The translations under genes were made by a program, and so were the position numbers. A stretch of DNA of 64,000 bases from a virus. A model generated the notes under the pieces. The model made no database searches. It saw nothing but the letters and a program-made list of their open reading frames with translations, and was not told the DNA's origin. The stretch covers positions 42,559-106,558 of IMG/VR virus record IMGVR_UViG_3300037961_002813; one strand, written 5' to 3'. Below, piece after piece: positions 18,656 to 27,310 of this stretch (position 1 is its first letter; the number at the start of each line of letters is the position of its first letter).

Positions 18656-18710
18656 CATTTCTTAATTGGTTTATATATCATTTGATTTCAGTCCACCGTT
18701 TTTCAATATC
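18656..18710 (-). promoter_or_regulatory. Early promoter copy 7 (extended form)
   Basis: GATATTGAAAA...ACTGAAATCAAATGATATATAAACCAATTAAGAAATG. Confidence 0.85.
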
Positions 18711-18759
18711 AGTCTTGTTAGTGTGGGTGCATATACTTTGAGGCTAAAAGTATCTTCGC

Positions 18760-18922
18760 CACTATGTTCAATGTTCAAAATGTTCATCGCCATGTTCACT
18801 AAAATGAATAGTCATGTATTCACTAACACCTATGATAATAATATATTATTTATCTTAGAGAGAGTGTGAGTATGAGTATGTTCATTTCTTTGAACAACAC
18901 TATGAGCAAAGTGAACATTGAC
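18760..18922. repeat. Symmetric TRTTCA(C) repeat element around AT-rich core (origin-like element 1)
   Basis: ATGTTCA at 18764, 18771, 18780, 18792; TATTCAC 18817; AT core ~18831-18856; inverted TGAACA at 18891, 18912. Confidence 0.7.
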
Positions 18923-19189
18923 TATATCTTTCCTGTAGGTTACAAGATGTAACTCGTACTCCCGTATAAGTATTTGAAAAGAGGGTACTGCGAGCAAGGG
19001 TCAGCCTCGCCCCTAAGAATAGTCACCCGCCCGTTAATATACCGGGACTTAAATCTCGCTCTCGCTCGCACTAATGGAATTATTTTTCCAACCCATACGG
19101 GTGTGTCGCAGTAACTCGCAAGGTGAACGGGTCAGCGAACCGCATGCGAGGCGACAACACCCCGACATCGCATGCGCTATGGCGAATTT

Positions 19190-19237
19190 GAAAATAAAAA
19201 AAAGCCCCCACGCCCCCCGAAAGGGGCGCAGGGGCAG
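19190..19237 (-). terminator. GC-rich hairpin plus U-tract terminator
   Basis: Minus strand GCCCCTGCGCCCCT-TTCG-GGGGCGTGGGGGC followed by TTTTTTTATTTTC, ~50 nt after stop of 19290 gene. Confidence 0.8.
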
Positions 19238-19289
19238 TTATAACCCGCAGGTTATATCAGTTCATAAGTTTGCTAGGGTAGTCACCTAC

Positions 19290-20216
19290 TCAAGACAGGG
19301 ACACATGACCGTTGGTCATTAGCCAAGTGATGCTGTTCATGGTTGCACCTGTGCCTGTGTAGACATCTTTTGGTGCGCCTTTGTCTTTGGCGATGTTTCT
19401 CACGGTTATGCTAGGCATGCTTGAGATGTTAGCGACGGTTAGTTTGACCTCTTCTTGCACAGGCTCGCTGACTGTTGGTTGTGGTGTTTCTGTTGCTTGC
19501 ACTTGTGTAGGAGTGTTGGTTATGACCGCCATCTTCTTCATCTCTTTGCGCTCGGCAGATGTCTTGCCTTCATGCCACTGTGTGATGACCTTGCCTGTCT
19601 TTGGGTCTTTGATGTTGAACTCACATCTGCACCACTGCTTTCGTGCTTGACCTTCATACTCAAACGGCTTTTGTGTAGGGTCGTTAGCGGCGTAGAAAGC
19701 CTCACCCTTTTGCACAGCAGACATAACAGCGATGTCTTTTCTGTCCTCAAGCACCTTTTGGCGGATGTTACCCATTCCATGTGCTACAAGGTTGCGCTTG
19801 TTGCCTTTGTTCTTGCCGTTCAAGACCTCATGCTCATGGGAGAGCATGTCTAAGACTTGTGCTTCTGTGGCTGTGTAGGAAGGCACTTTCTCTTGGAACG
19901 CTTTGTTTGCATCCTCACGGAAACCTGCAAGGGCAACCATAGCGGTTACGACTTCTGCTCTTGTGTAAGTGATGTACTCACTTGGCATCCATGCGGTCTT
20001 TTCATTCTGCTTAGGGGCTTTACCTGTCCACTCAAGGTAACCGGCTTCTTCGTCGAAGGTCACAGGTAGGGACACAAACGCATGGTCACTTGCTAGGAAG
20101 TCATGCAGTTGGTTACATACAGGGGTAAACTGTTCACCTCTTGCGGCACTCCTGTCCACAGGAGTTGGGGTTACGGTCATAGGCTGGCTTGGGGTTTCTT
20201 GGCTTTGTTTGCTCAT
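19290..20216 (-). CDS. Hypothetical protein, first gene of the left arm
   Basis: Start revised to ATG 20216 after GAGGTG SD; own promoter and terminator. Confidence 0.8.
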   Translation of the reverse strand: MSKQSQETPSQPMTVTPTPVDRSAARGEQFTPVCNQLHDFLASDHAFVSLPVTFDEEAGYLEWTGKAPKQNEKTAWMPSEYITYTRAEVVTAMVALAGFREDANKAFQEKVPSYTATEAQVLDMLSHEHEVLNGKNKGNKRNLVAHGMGNIRQKVLEDRKDIAVMSAVQKGEAFYAANDPTQKPFEYEGQARKQWCRCEFNIKDPKTGKVITQWHEGKTSAERKEMKKMAVITNTPTQVQATETPQPTVSEPVQEEVKLTVANISSMPSITVRNIAKDKGAPKDVYTGTGATMNSITWLMTNGHVSLS

Positions 20217-20235
20217 TTTTGACACCTCAACCACC

Positions 20236-20289
20236 ATTTCTTAGTTGGTTTATATATCATTTGACTTCAGTAACTTGATTTTCAATATC
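20236..20289 (-). promoter_or_regulatory. Early promoter copy 8 (extended form)
   Basis: GATATTGAAAA...ACTGAAGTCAAATGATATATAAACCAACTAAGAAATG. Confidence 0.85.
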
Positions 20290-20294
20290 GGAAA

Positions 20295-20780
20295 GTCATA
20301 GCATACACGCCATAGCACATAGCATCTAAGCACATGAAGGGAAGGTGCTATCCGCACCCGTATGGGTTGGGTCAAGGGTCGCTATTCATGGGGGTGCGAA
20401 TGAGAGAAGGCTATGGGAGTAGGCAATACATGGGGGCGAGGGCGGGAGTGCCACTTAGGAATCTATAGAACGGCGCATGTGGGCGCAGGTAGGGGCGCAG
20501 TGTAGCGGTCTATAGAATGCCTGTGCCACACCCACGCCCCACCCTCGCATAGCACGCACGCAAGGTTTAGCCATAGCACAAAGTGCTATGCCGTTCTATA
20601 GAACGGGGTACTGCGGCCATAGCATAGCCCATAGCACGCCCCATAGCACGCCCCCTTAGAAGGAGAGATAGCCATAGCACACCCCATAGCACTTCTTTTA
20701 ACCACGCACAGCATTTTAGAAAAAAAATTTTATAGAAAAAAATTTACTGTAAAAGTAATTTTATAGCGAATATCTTTTAT
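20295..20780. repeat. Non-coding CATAGCA(C) iteron cluster with palindromes and adjacent A/T tract at the strand switch
   Basis: About 10 forward CATAGCA copies plus a few inverted (T)GCTAT(G) between 20297 and 20692; hairpin CATAGCAC-AAA-GTGCTATG 20572-20590; palindrome CCGTTCTATAGAACGG 20591-20606; A/T run 20714-20765. Confidence 0.85.
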
Positions 20781-20802
20781 CCTCATTGTTCTTAGCACCC
20801 GC

Positions 20803-21141
20803 ATGGTGGAGTATGACTTCTGTGATTGTTGTAGTCCTACCGAACTTGCTTTTGCAGTGATGAAAGCAAAGAAAAAGTCCAAGCCGTTTCACGGTTATAA
20901 CCCAAATAGGCATCACCGAAAAGGTGGGCTAAACGCTAAAGGTAGGGCGGCGGCTAAGAGGAAAACCGGCGCAAACTTGAAGCCGCCTGTAACCACCAAA
21001 CCGTCAAAACTCAAGCCCGGCTCTAAGAAAGCAAAGCGTCGTAAGTCTTTTTGTGCGAGAATGGGTGGTATGAAAGGGCCAACTTCTAAGAAGGGCAAAT
21101 TGACACCAAAAGGTGCGGCATTGAAAAGGTGGAATTGTTAA
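20803..21141 (+). CDS. Very basic small protein (KGGLNAKGR...RRKSFCARM module), candidate internal virion protein
   Basis: Lys/Arg-rich module preceded by SPTELAFAVMK tag. Confidence 0.75.
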   Translation: MVEYDFCDCCSPTELAFAVMKAKKKSKPFHGYNPNRHHRKGGLNAKGRAAAKRKTGANLKPPVTTKPSKLKPGSKKAKRRKSFCARMGGMKGPTSKKGKLTPKGAALKRWNC

Positions 21142-21632
21142 TGACAGCGTTTAACCAAGCGTGGGATATATTAAAAATGCGCTTTAAAGATTTTCAAGGT
21201 AAAGCAAAAGGAATGCAAGATGATATTAAACATAGATATGCAAAAGAACACTCAATGGGTTATGGCGACTCAAATACAATGCCATTTCATGAACAAGAGA
21301 CAGTTAATCAAAGCATAGTAGATAGATTAGTACATGATAAAATGCAAGAAAACATGCAACAAGGTAGAGTAGGCGAGCAAACTACAGATGCATTAGCAAG
21401 TAATAAGCCTTTATTCGTACCTAGATATGATGCTCGTACAATAGACCCTCGATTTACAGTAAGACAAGATATACAAGATGAAATGCCTTACTCATTTAGG
21501 GATTTATACACTGAAAACCCGCCAGTTAAATTTTACAACCCGGAAGATTATTCACACCTTTCAAAACCAACTCTTACTGAAAAAGATATGGAGATGTTGA
21601 GAAGGTTCGACACTAATAATTTTGATATATAA
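21141..21632 (+). CDS. Hypothetical protein with N-terminal AFNQAWDILK tag
   Basis: Start revised to ATG 21141 (TAATG overlap). Confidence 0.7.
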   Translation: MTAFNQAWDILKMRFKDFQGKAKGMQDDIKHRYAKEHSMGYGDSNTMPFHEQETVNQSIVDRLVHDKMQENMQQGRVGEQTTDALASNKPLFVPRYDARTIDPRFTVRQDIQDEMPYSFRDLYTENPPVKFYNPEDYSHLSKPTLTEKDMEMLRRFDTNNFDI

Positions 21633-21644
21633 GGTGGAATTAAC

Positions 21645-22454
21645 TTGAATGCATTTAAACAGGCTTGGAATTTATTAAAACAAAAAAATAGTGTAGATTA
21701 TAGTAGGTTACCAAAGGCTGACTTGGCTATGATGAATGCGCTTGCTAATCTTGGGTATCCTATTTTTCCCAAAACTCCTACAACACCAACTAAGAATCGT
21801 TTATTTCCTACTGAACAAGAAGAAATAAGAACTCATCATGACCCATACTTTTCCATAGATTATGAAAATGATGAAGATGTTAGAAATGATTTAGAAGAAA
21901 TTATGGAACAACAGGATAAACCACTTGGTTATGCTTTAGGTTTGGGTAATGAAGATTTTGATGAGGTTCGGGATGAGGTAGGATATGATTCAAAAGGGAA
22001 TATGAAATATTTTGCCCCTACAATACACCATACAGATAGAATAAGAAATTTAGGAAGAACACTGCAACAAATGACCGGGCCAATTGGTAATAACGAACCA
22101 CAAATAACAAGAAATGATAAGCAAGTATTTCAAGATTTTAAACAAGTAGACCCGCTACAGTTTGATAAATTTAACCAAGCATATCTTAACAGAAATCAAT
22201 TTAAACCATTTTATGAAGCCGAAAAAGTTTTGTTTAATAACCCTCAATCTTTTGGTCGAAATGCACCGAATGAAGGACAAATACAGCAACTTAGAGAAGA
22301 TTTTAATTTAGACGATGCAGAATATAGAGATATTGGTTCTGCTTTACAATTTATGAATACTCCTACTGAACAAAAAAGACTGTTTGAATTTGGTGATACA
22401 CCGCATGCAGAAAGATACCGGGAAATGTTAAGTTCTTTAAATCAAGACCAATAA
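21645..22454 (+). CDS. Hypothetical protein with N-terminal AFKQAWNLLK tag
   Basis: TTG start after AGGTGG SD. Confidence 0.7.
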   Translation: MNAFKQAWNLLKQKNSVDYSRLPKADLAMMNALANLGYPIFPKTPTTPTKNRLFPTEQEEIRTHHDPYFSIDYENDEDVRNDLEEIMEQQDKPLGYALGLGNEDFDEVRDEVGYDSKGNMKYFAPTIHHTDRIRNLGRTLQQMTGPIGNNEPQITRNDKQVFQDFKQVDPLQFDKFNQAYLNRNQFKPFYEAEKVLFNNPQSFGRNAPNEGQIQQLREDFNLDDAEYRDIGSALQFMNTPTEQKRLFEFGDTPHAERYREMLSSLNQDQ

Positions 22455-22485
22455 GTTTAATTTGTAAACTACTTTAGGCTCGGAC

Positions 22486-22662
22486 ATGAGTGTAGTTGAA
22501 TTACTTGGATATTTTTTAGTAGCCGTTTTAGTAGGTTATGTTTGGGCTTGGTATATGATTGTTAATGAAAATACTACAGATTTTAAAGTATTTAATAGCG
22601 AAGAAGAAATAGAAGAATTCCATAAGTCTTGCTTCCACGGTATGAGGAAGGGGATTGAATGA
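22486..22662 (+). CDS. Small single-pass membrane protein (58 aa)
   Basis: Manual translation MSVVELLGYFLVAVLVGYVWAWYMIVNE...; ATGA overlap with lyase gene. Confidence 0.6.
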   Translation: MSVVELLGYFLVAVLVGYVWAWYMIVNENTTDFKVFNSEEEIEEFHKSCFHGMRKGIE

Positions 22663-23495
22663 AGGTAACCGTCTATGAGGTTGGCCCTCGTGACGGATTG
22701 CAAAATTTAAAACAATTTATACCGACTGAAATTAAAATAGGCTTGATTGATGAATTATACAAAGCCGGTTTAACTCATATTGAAGAAACATCATTTGCAC
22801 ATCCAAAGTATGTACCACAGATGGCTGATGCTGAAAATGTGTTTAACAAAGGTTCTGTGCTTGTAATGAACAAGCGTGGTCTTGATAGGGCGTTAAGTGT
22901 AGGTGCTGAAAAAATAAATATTGTATATTCACCATGTGAAGAGTTTAATATCAAAAATTTTGGTAAAACAAGAAGTGAATTAATCACAATGTACTACACA
23001 ATGCTTAACGGAATACCTAAAGAAAATATAAGAGTCTACATTTCTATGGCGTTTGGGAGTCCGTATACCGGCGTAATATCGCCTAAAATGATGCGTTTAT
23101 GTATAAAAGATGCAAAATTGTTGGGTAAAACGGTAGTTTTCTCGGATACCGTAGGTGCGGCTACAAAAGAGGAAGTAGCATTGTGGGCGGATATGGCGAA
23201 AGAGAATAATTTGAAAGCCGCTATTCATATTCATCATAACGGAGATGAACAAAAAGCAATTAGAACAGTAAAATATGCTTTATTGGAGGGTATTAGAGAA
23301 ATAGACTCTAGTATAGGCGGTTTGGGTGGCTGTCCTTTCGTACAGGAGAGTGGTGCTAACTTGTCTACTGAAACATTAGTACGACATTTGAATGTATGGG
23401 GTTTTGATTGCGGTATAACTGAAAGAAAATTACAACCGGCTTTAAAAATTGTAAGAGAAATAAAAGAACTTCAAGAGTTAATGTTAGTAAAATAG
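22659..23495 (+). CDS. hmgL: Hydroxymethylglutaryl-CoA lyase (DRE-TIM metallolyase)
   Basis: YEVGPRDGLQN, TSFAHPKYVPQMADA, SDTVG, HIHH metal site, DSSIGGLGGCPF, GANLSTE. Confidence 0.88.
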   Translation: MKVTVYEVGPRDGLQNLKQFIPTEIKIGLIDELYKAGLTHIEETSFAHPKYVPQMADAENVFNKGSVLVMNKRGLDRALSVGAEKINIVYSPCEEFNIKNFGKTRSELITMYYTMLNGIPKENIRVYISMAFGSPYTGVISPKMMRLCIKDAKLLGKTVVFSDTVGAATKEEVALWADMAKENNLKAAIHIHHNGDEQKAIRTVKYALLEGIREIDSSIGGLGGCPFVQESGANLSTETLVRHLNVWGFDCGITERKLQPALKIVREIKELQELMLVK

Positions 23496-24863
23496 ATGTT
23501 GATTTCTTGGCTCAACTACTGTTGGGTTTTCTTCTTTATAGTTTTCAGCCATTAATTGTATAGTTCTGTGCATAAAAGGGTCAATATCTTCAATTAATGT
23601 ACCGTTATTCGTCGGTGTCATTTTATGTGTGCGGTCAAGCATCATTATGTCGTCAATAAATTCTTGTGGTAATTCTTCATTGTGGTGGAGTTCTACTGAA
23701 CCTTTTACTAATAACTCCCATGCTAAATCCATAGGTTCACTTTTGTATTTCTCATCTTTTCTTGCTGTAATAGCCGCTTGTTTTTTTCGTCTTTGATTTT
23801 TTTGTCTATTTTTACCACCCATAGGTTTACCGTCTATTTTTTGCCTTCTTGCTACATGTTCTTTAAATTCATTTTTACTTAAACCGTGAGCATCAATAAG
23901 CATAGTATTATTTTTTCCAAATTGGTCGCCTGTAAACGGTTGTCCACCTCTAATAAAAGGAGTACCACGATACATAACAGTAGTAAGTATGGGTTTTTTT
24001 GTTCTAGGGTGTTCTTTAACAACTGCAATAATTGAGTCACCTCTACTACGAGAATCAGCCGAACTTAATCCATGTTGTCTTAATACATCTTTAGGTATTT
24101 CTTTCGCTTCTCTAATGTTATCTAATAAATGAGTTCGTATAGCAAATTCTTTGGTAGGAACATTTCTTTTATAGTTTCCATCTTTATCTAAATATGGGCT
24201 TAATGCAGAATGTATCCTATCTATTATTTGCTGTCTTTCCTCATCTTTTTCAAATCTATAATTCCCAAACAATCTAAAATTAGCATGGCCTATAGTGCCT
24301 TCATAAAATTCTTTAGGTAATCTACCTTTAAAACTAGGTTCTGCATTAGAGTCAAATTGAGGTCGTTGAGGTTCGGGTTCGGGTTCAATTTTTGGAGGTA
24401 AATTTTGAGCCGGAATATCTAAAGGTGCTTTATCAGCATCTATATTTTCAGTAAAAAAACCACCTTCTCGATTTCCTGCTAATACATTTGTAAAATTTTG
24501 TCTTGAAACCCCGGAATAATCATCCGGTAGATTTAGATTAGGTTTATTATACATATCTTGTATATGTTGTTGTACAGAAGGATGGACATATTCTCCCTTT
24601 GATACACTTGCACCGGCTTTGGCTTTGTCAGCCATATCTTGAGCCGATGACATTTGTGCTTGATTCTTTTGCTGTTGCATTTCTGCTCTTCGTTGTTGCA
24701 TCTCCATGCCTGTTTGAGCCATACTTTGAGGCTTAAGTTTTTCTTTTATGGCTTCTACTGCAACTTGACCTGTCTTATCCTTTGCTTTACTTGCAACACT
24801 TGCTATTGCGCCACCAATTACCCGTAAAGGTACGGCTTTACGCACACCAACAGGTCGGCTCAT
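23484..24863 (-). CDS. Multi-module hypothetical protein carrying SEPMDLAWELLVK tag
   Basis: 459-aa ORF opposite to neighbours; tag at ~23700-23744. Confidence 0.75.
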   Translation of the reverse strand: MSRPVGVRKAVPLRVIGGAIASVASKAKDKTGQVAVEAIKEKLKPQSMAQTGMEMQQRRAEMQQQKNQAQMSSAQDMADKAKAGASVSKGEYVHPSVQQHIQDMYNKPNLNLPDDYSGVSRQNFTNVLAGNREGGFFTENIDADKAPLDIPAQNLPPKIEPEPEPQRPQFDSNAEPSFKGRLPKEFYEGTIGHANFRLFGNYRFEKDEERQQIIDRIHSALSPYLDKDGNYKRNVPTKEFAIRTHLLDNIREAKEIPKDVLRQHGLSSADSRSRGDSIIAVVKEHPRTKKPILTTVMYRGTPFIRGGQPFTGDQFGKNNTMLIDAHGLSKNEFKEHVARRQKIDGKPMGGKNRQKNQRRKKQAAITARKDEKYKSEPMDLAWELLVKGSVELHHNEELPQEFIDDIMMLDRTHKMTPTNNGTLIEDIDPFMHRTIQLMAENYKEENPTVVEPRNQHLFY

Positions 24864-24925
24864 GAATAGCGTATAGGGCGAGCATTCTAAATGCTATCGC
24901 TACCTCGCCCATAACAGGTGCGAGC

Positions 24926-27310
24926 GTGAGCAAGATTTTTGTTAAACAGCAAACCACCTTACGAGACTACGGAATGGAAAGAGTAGATGAGTTTCCAACC
25001 ATTCCTTATGACCCATCTCAACTAACACCCGGTATTGAAGCAAGTTTGCAAAACCAAAGTGATTCATATAGAACTGCACCTATGGGTGAAGGTCATATCG
25101 TATCTAATATTCGACCTACTAACTTACAAGAATATATGGATATGTTACATGACGATTATTATACAAATGTAACTGCTTTTAGTCATCCAACTGAACTTGA
25201 AAATATAGAAAATGACCTTGAAAATACTAGAAATACGGTTATGCGTCAAATATCTAATCAAGTAGGTGGGTATGGTCCAAATAGAAAATTTCAATTATTT
25301 CCAAAAGGCATACCATCTAAAACACCAACAGGGTATGAAAATGCTAGTCATACAATGTTAGATATGCTTAGACAAATGGATATTAAAGAAAAAGGATTTA
25401 GTGATATTACACAAGAAATGATAATGAATGCAAAAATTTTTGGTACAGGTGACCCTTCAAATGCGCCCAAACCTCTTGATTTAGATGAAGATGGAAACCT
25501 TGCGTATGTTAAAGAATTAGAAAAAATAAAACGCACAAGAGCAATTAATGATGCTCTAAAAAATACATTACCGGGTAACTATGATAAAAATTTTGCTAAC
25601 TTAATGGAATCTTTTAAAGGAAAGCGTAGAGAAAATTTAATGTCATCAAGAAACTTTTTTAATAATTTAGTTAGAAGATATGGCCCTCAAGGTGCAACCG
25701 AGATATTAAGAAATCACCCTGCTTTAAAATTAAACCGTCAAAGAAGTTTAGCCGAAGTATTACCTGCATATCAAACTGAAAATCCATTTAACCCGGATGG
25801 CTCAATAAAACCCGGTGCTGTACCTCCTGTAACAGCAGTTAAGCAAATGTCTGCTAGTGATATTAAGAGATTAATGCTTGGCGCAGGGCTTATGCCTATA
25901 GGCTCACAAACTGATTCGGATAATGAAGGATACGAGCGTACTCAAGTAATACCTCGCTTAATGAGGCAATTTGATAAAAATAGAAGTCAGCAAAGTAAAG
26001 ACCTTTCCGCACTTGAGAAACCAATGATTATTGCTGAACATGATTCACAAAATCGTGGCGGAACACAAGCCGGAAGTTTTGTCTCACCTACAACAATACC
26101 GGATATTCGTAGAGCAATTGTAGCATCAAAAAGAGAACCACAGAATCTAAGAATGTTAGGTGTAAGAGGTTTAAATCCTGTTGATGATTTTGTACAACAA
26201 CGAGCATCTACAGGACAACAAGAAGCAACAAGTGAAGGATATATACACTCAAGAATAGACCCTAGTAGACTTGTACCAATTGAAATGCCAAAAGGTGATA
26301 TTCCTGCTACAGTTAGAGGTGATGTATCTATTGATGTAAGCGACCCAACACCTTCACAAGAGCAAAGAGTAGCCGCTATACTTGGTACTGTAGATGAAGG
26401 TTTTAAACCCGGTATTACAAGAAATACTATAACACCTAAATTAACTAGAAGAGGTGGAGGAAAACGATTTAACTTACAATCATTATTTAGATTTAATAAA
26501 GATGGATATACTGATGGTCGAAATGCGATTAGAGGACACATAGCAAGAAATGAAGATAGAATGAAAGATTTAGATGAATCACTTGAAATATATTATAAAA
26601 GATTAAAAGACTTGAATAATATGACAAGTCAAATTACAAATCCACACACTTTGGTTAATCATGAAGATTCAATAGAACACGCAGAATTCCGTATTGATGA
26701 TTTAGAAGGAGAAAAAGAAAAAGTTAATACTCAAATACAACATCTTAATCATAGATTAAAATATTATAATCAAGATTTCCAAGAAGCAGTTAAGCAATAT
26801 GCAGACGGATTAAAAAGTATAGATGAAAAATTACCATTCCTTACCGATATGCCACTAGAAGGTATTGATTTAACTGATACTGCAAAATACTTTACATCAA
26901 GAGATGGTTATGATGGTGGAACTGAATTAGATGACAGGAAAAAATTAAACCTTAATTTAGACAAACATGGTTTCCCGTTAAAAGAAGATGGCACTGCTAT
27001 GACATTAGATGAAAAAATTAACTTAGTAACAGACCCTAATTTAGAAGAATTAGCAGAAAATATATTTAAAAATAGAAATAGAGTTTTAGACCAAATAATG
27101 CGCTACAATACAAAACTACCTTTCGGTGATGACACACCAACTAAAAAGAAAATTGGAGTTCAAGAATTAGAAGATTATATTAAAAGACTAGAATCTGCAA
27201 AATATGATGAACTAGATGCTAGAGGTTATAACCCGGATAATAAAGCATTTGAAGAATACTTAAACAATTTAAGAAGAGATTACTACGAAGCAAGGGTGGG
27301 AGTGGTTTGA
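24926..27310 (+). CDS. Large hypothetical protein, candidate internal head protein
   Basis: 794 aa; N-terminus MSKIFVKQ; coiled coil; SEGYIHSRIDP motif. Confidence 0.75.
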   Translation: MSKIFVKQQTTLRDYGMERVDEFPTIPYDPSQLTPGIEASLQNQSDSYRTAPMGEGHIVSNIRPTNLQEYMDMLHDDYYTNVTAFSHPTELENIENDLENTRNTVMRQISNQVGGYGPNRKFQLFPKGIPSKTPTGYENASHTMLDMLRQMDIKEKGFSDITQEMIMNAKIFGTGDPSNAPKPLDLDEDGNLAYVKELEKIKRTRAINDALKNTLPGNYDKNFANLMESFKGKRRENLMSSRNFFNNLVRRYGPQGATEILRNHPALKLNRQRSLAEVLPAYQTENPFNPDGSIKPGAVPPVTAVKQMSASDIKRLMLGAGLMPIGSQTDSDNEGYERTQVIPRLMRQFDKNRSQQSKDLSALEKPMIIAEHDSQNRGGTQAGSFVSPTTIPDIRRAIVASKREPQNLRMLGVRGLNPVDDFVQQRASTGQQEATSEGYIHSRIDPSRLVPIEMPKGDIPATVRGDVSIDVSDPTPSQEQRVAAILGTVDEGFKPGITRNTITPKLTRRGGGKRFNLQSLFRFNKDGYTDGRNAIRGHIARNEDRMKDLDESLEIYYKRLKDLNNMTSQITNPHTLVNHEDSIEHAEFRIDDLEGEKEKVNTQIQHLNHRLKYYNQDFQEAVKQYADGLKSIDEKLPFLTDMPLEGIDLTDTAKYFTSRDGYDGGTELDDRKKLNLNLDKHGFPLKEDGTAMTLDEKINLVTDPNLEELAENIFKNRNRVLDQIMRYNTKLPFGDDTPTKKKIGVQELEDYIKRLESAKYDELDARGYNPDNKAFEEYLNNLRRDYYEARVGVV

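Noticed and set aside
155-18869. Numerous plus-strand ORFs in the left arm
   Set aside because: They overlap well-supported minus-strand genes, lack SD sites and have atypical composition.
18960-19322. tRNA, ncRNA or the plus-strand 82-aa ORF at 19074
   Set aside because: No cloverleaf or TTCGA T-loop found; the ORF runs antisense through the terminator hairpin and lacks an SD. A structured RNA cannot be excluded but is unsupported.
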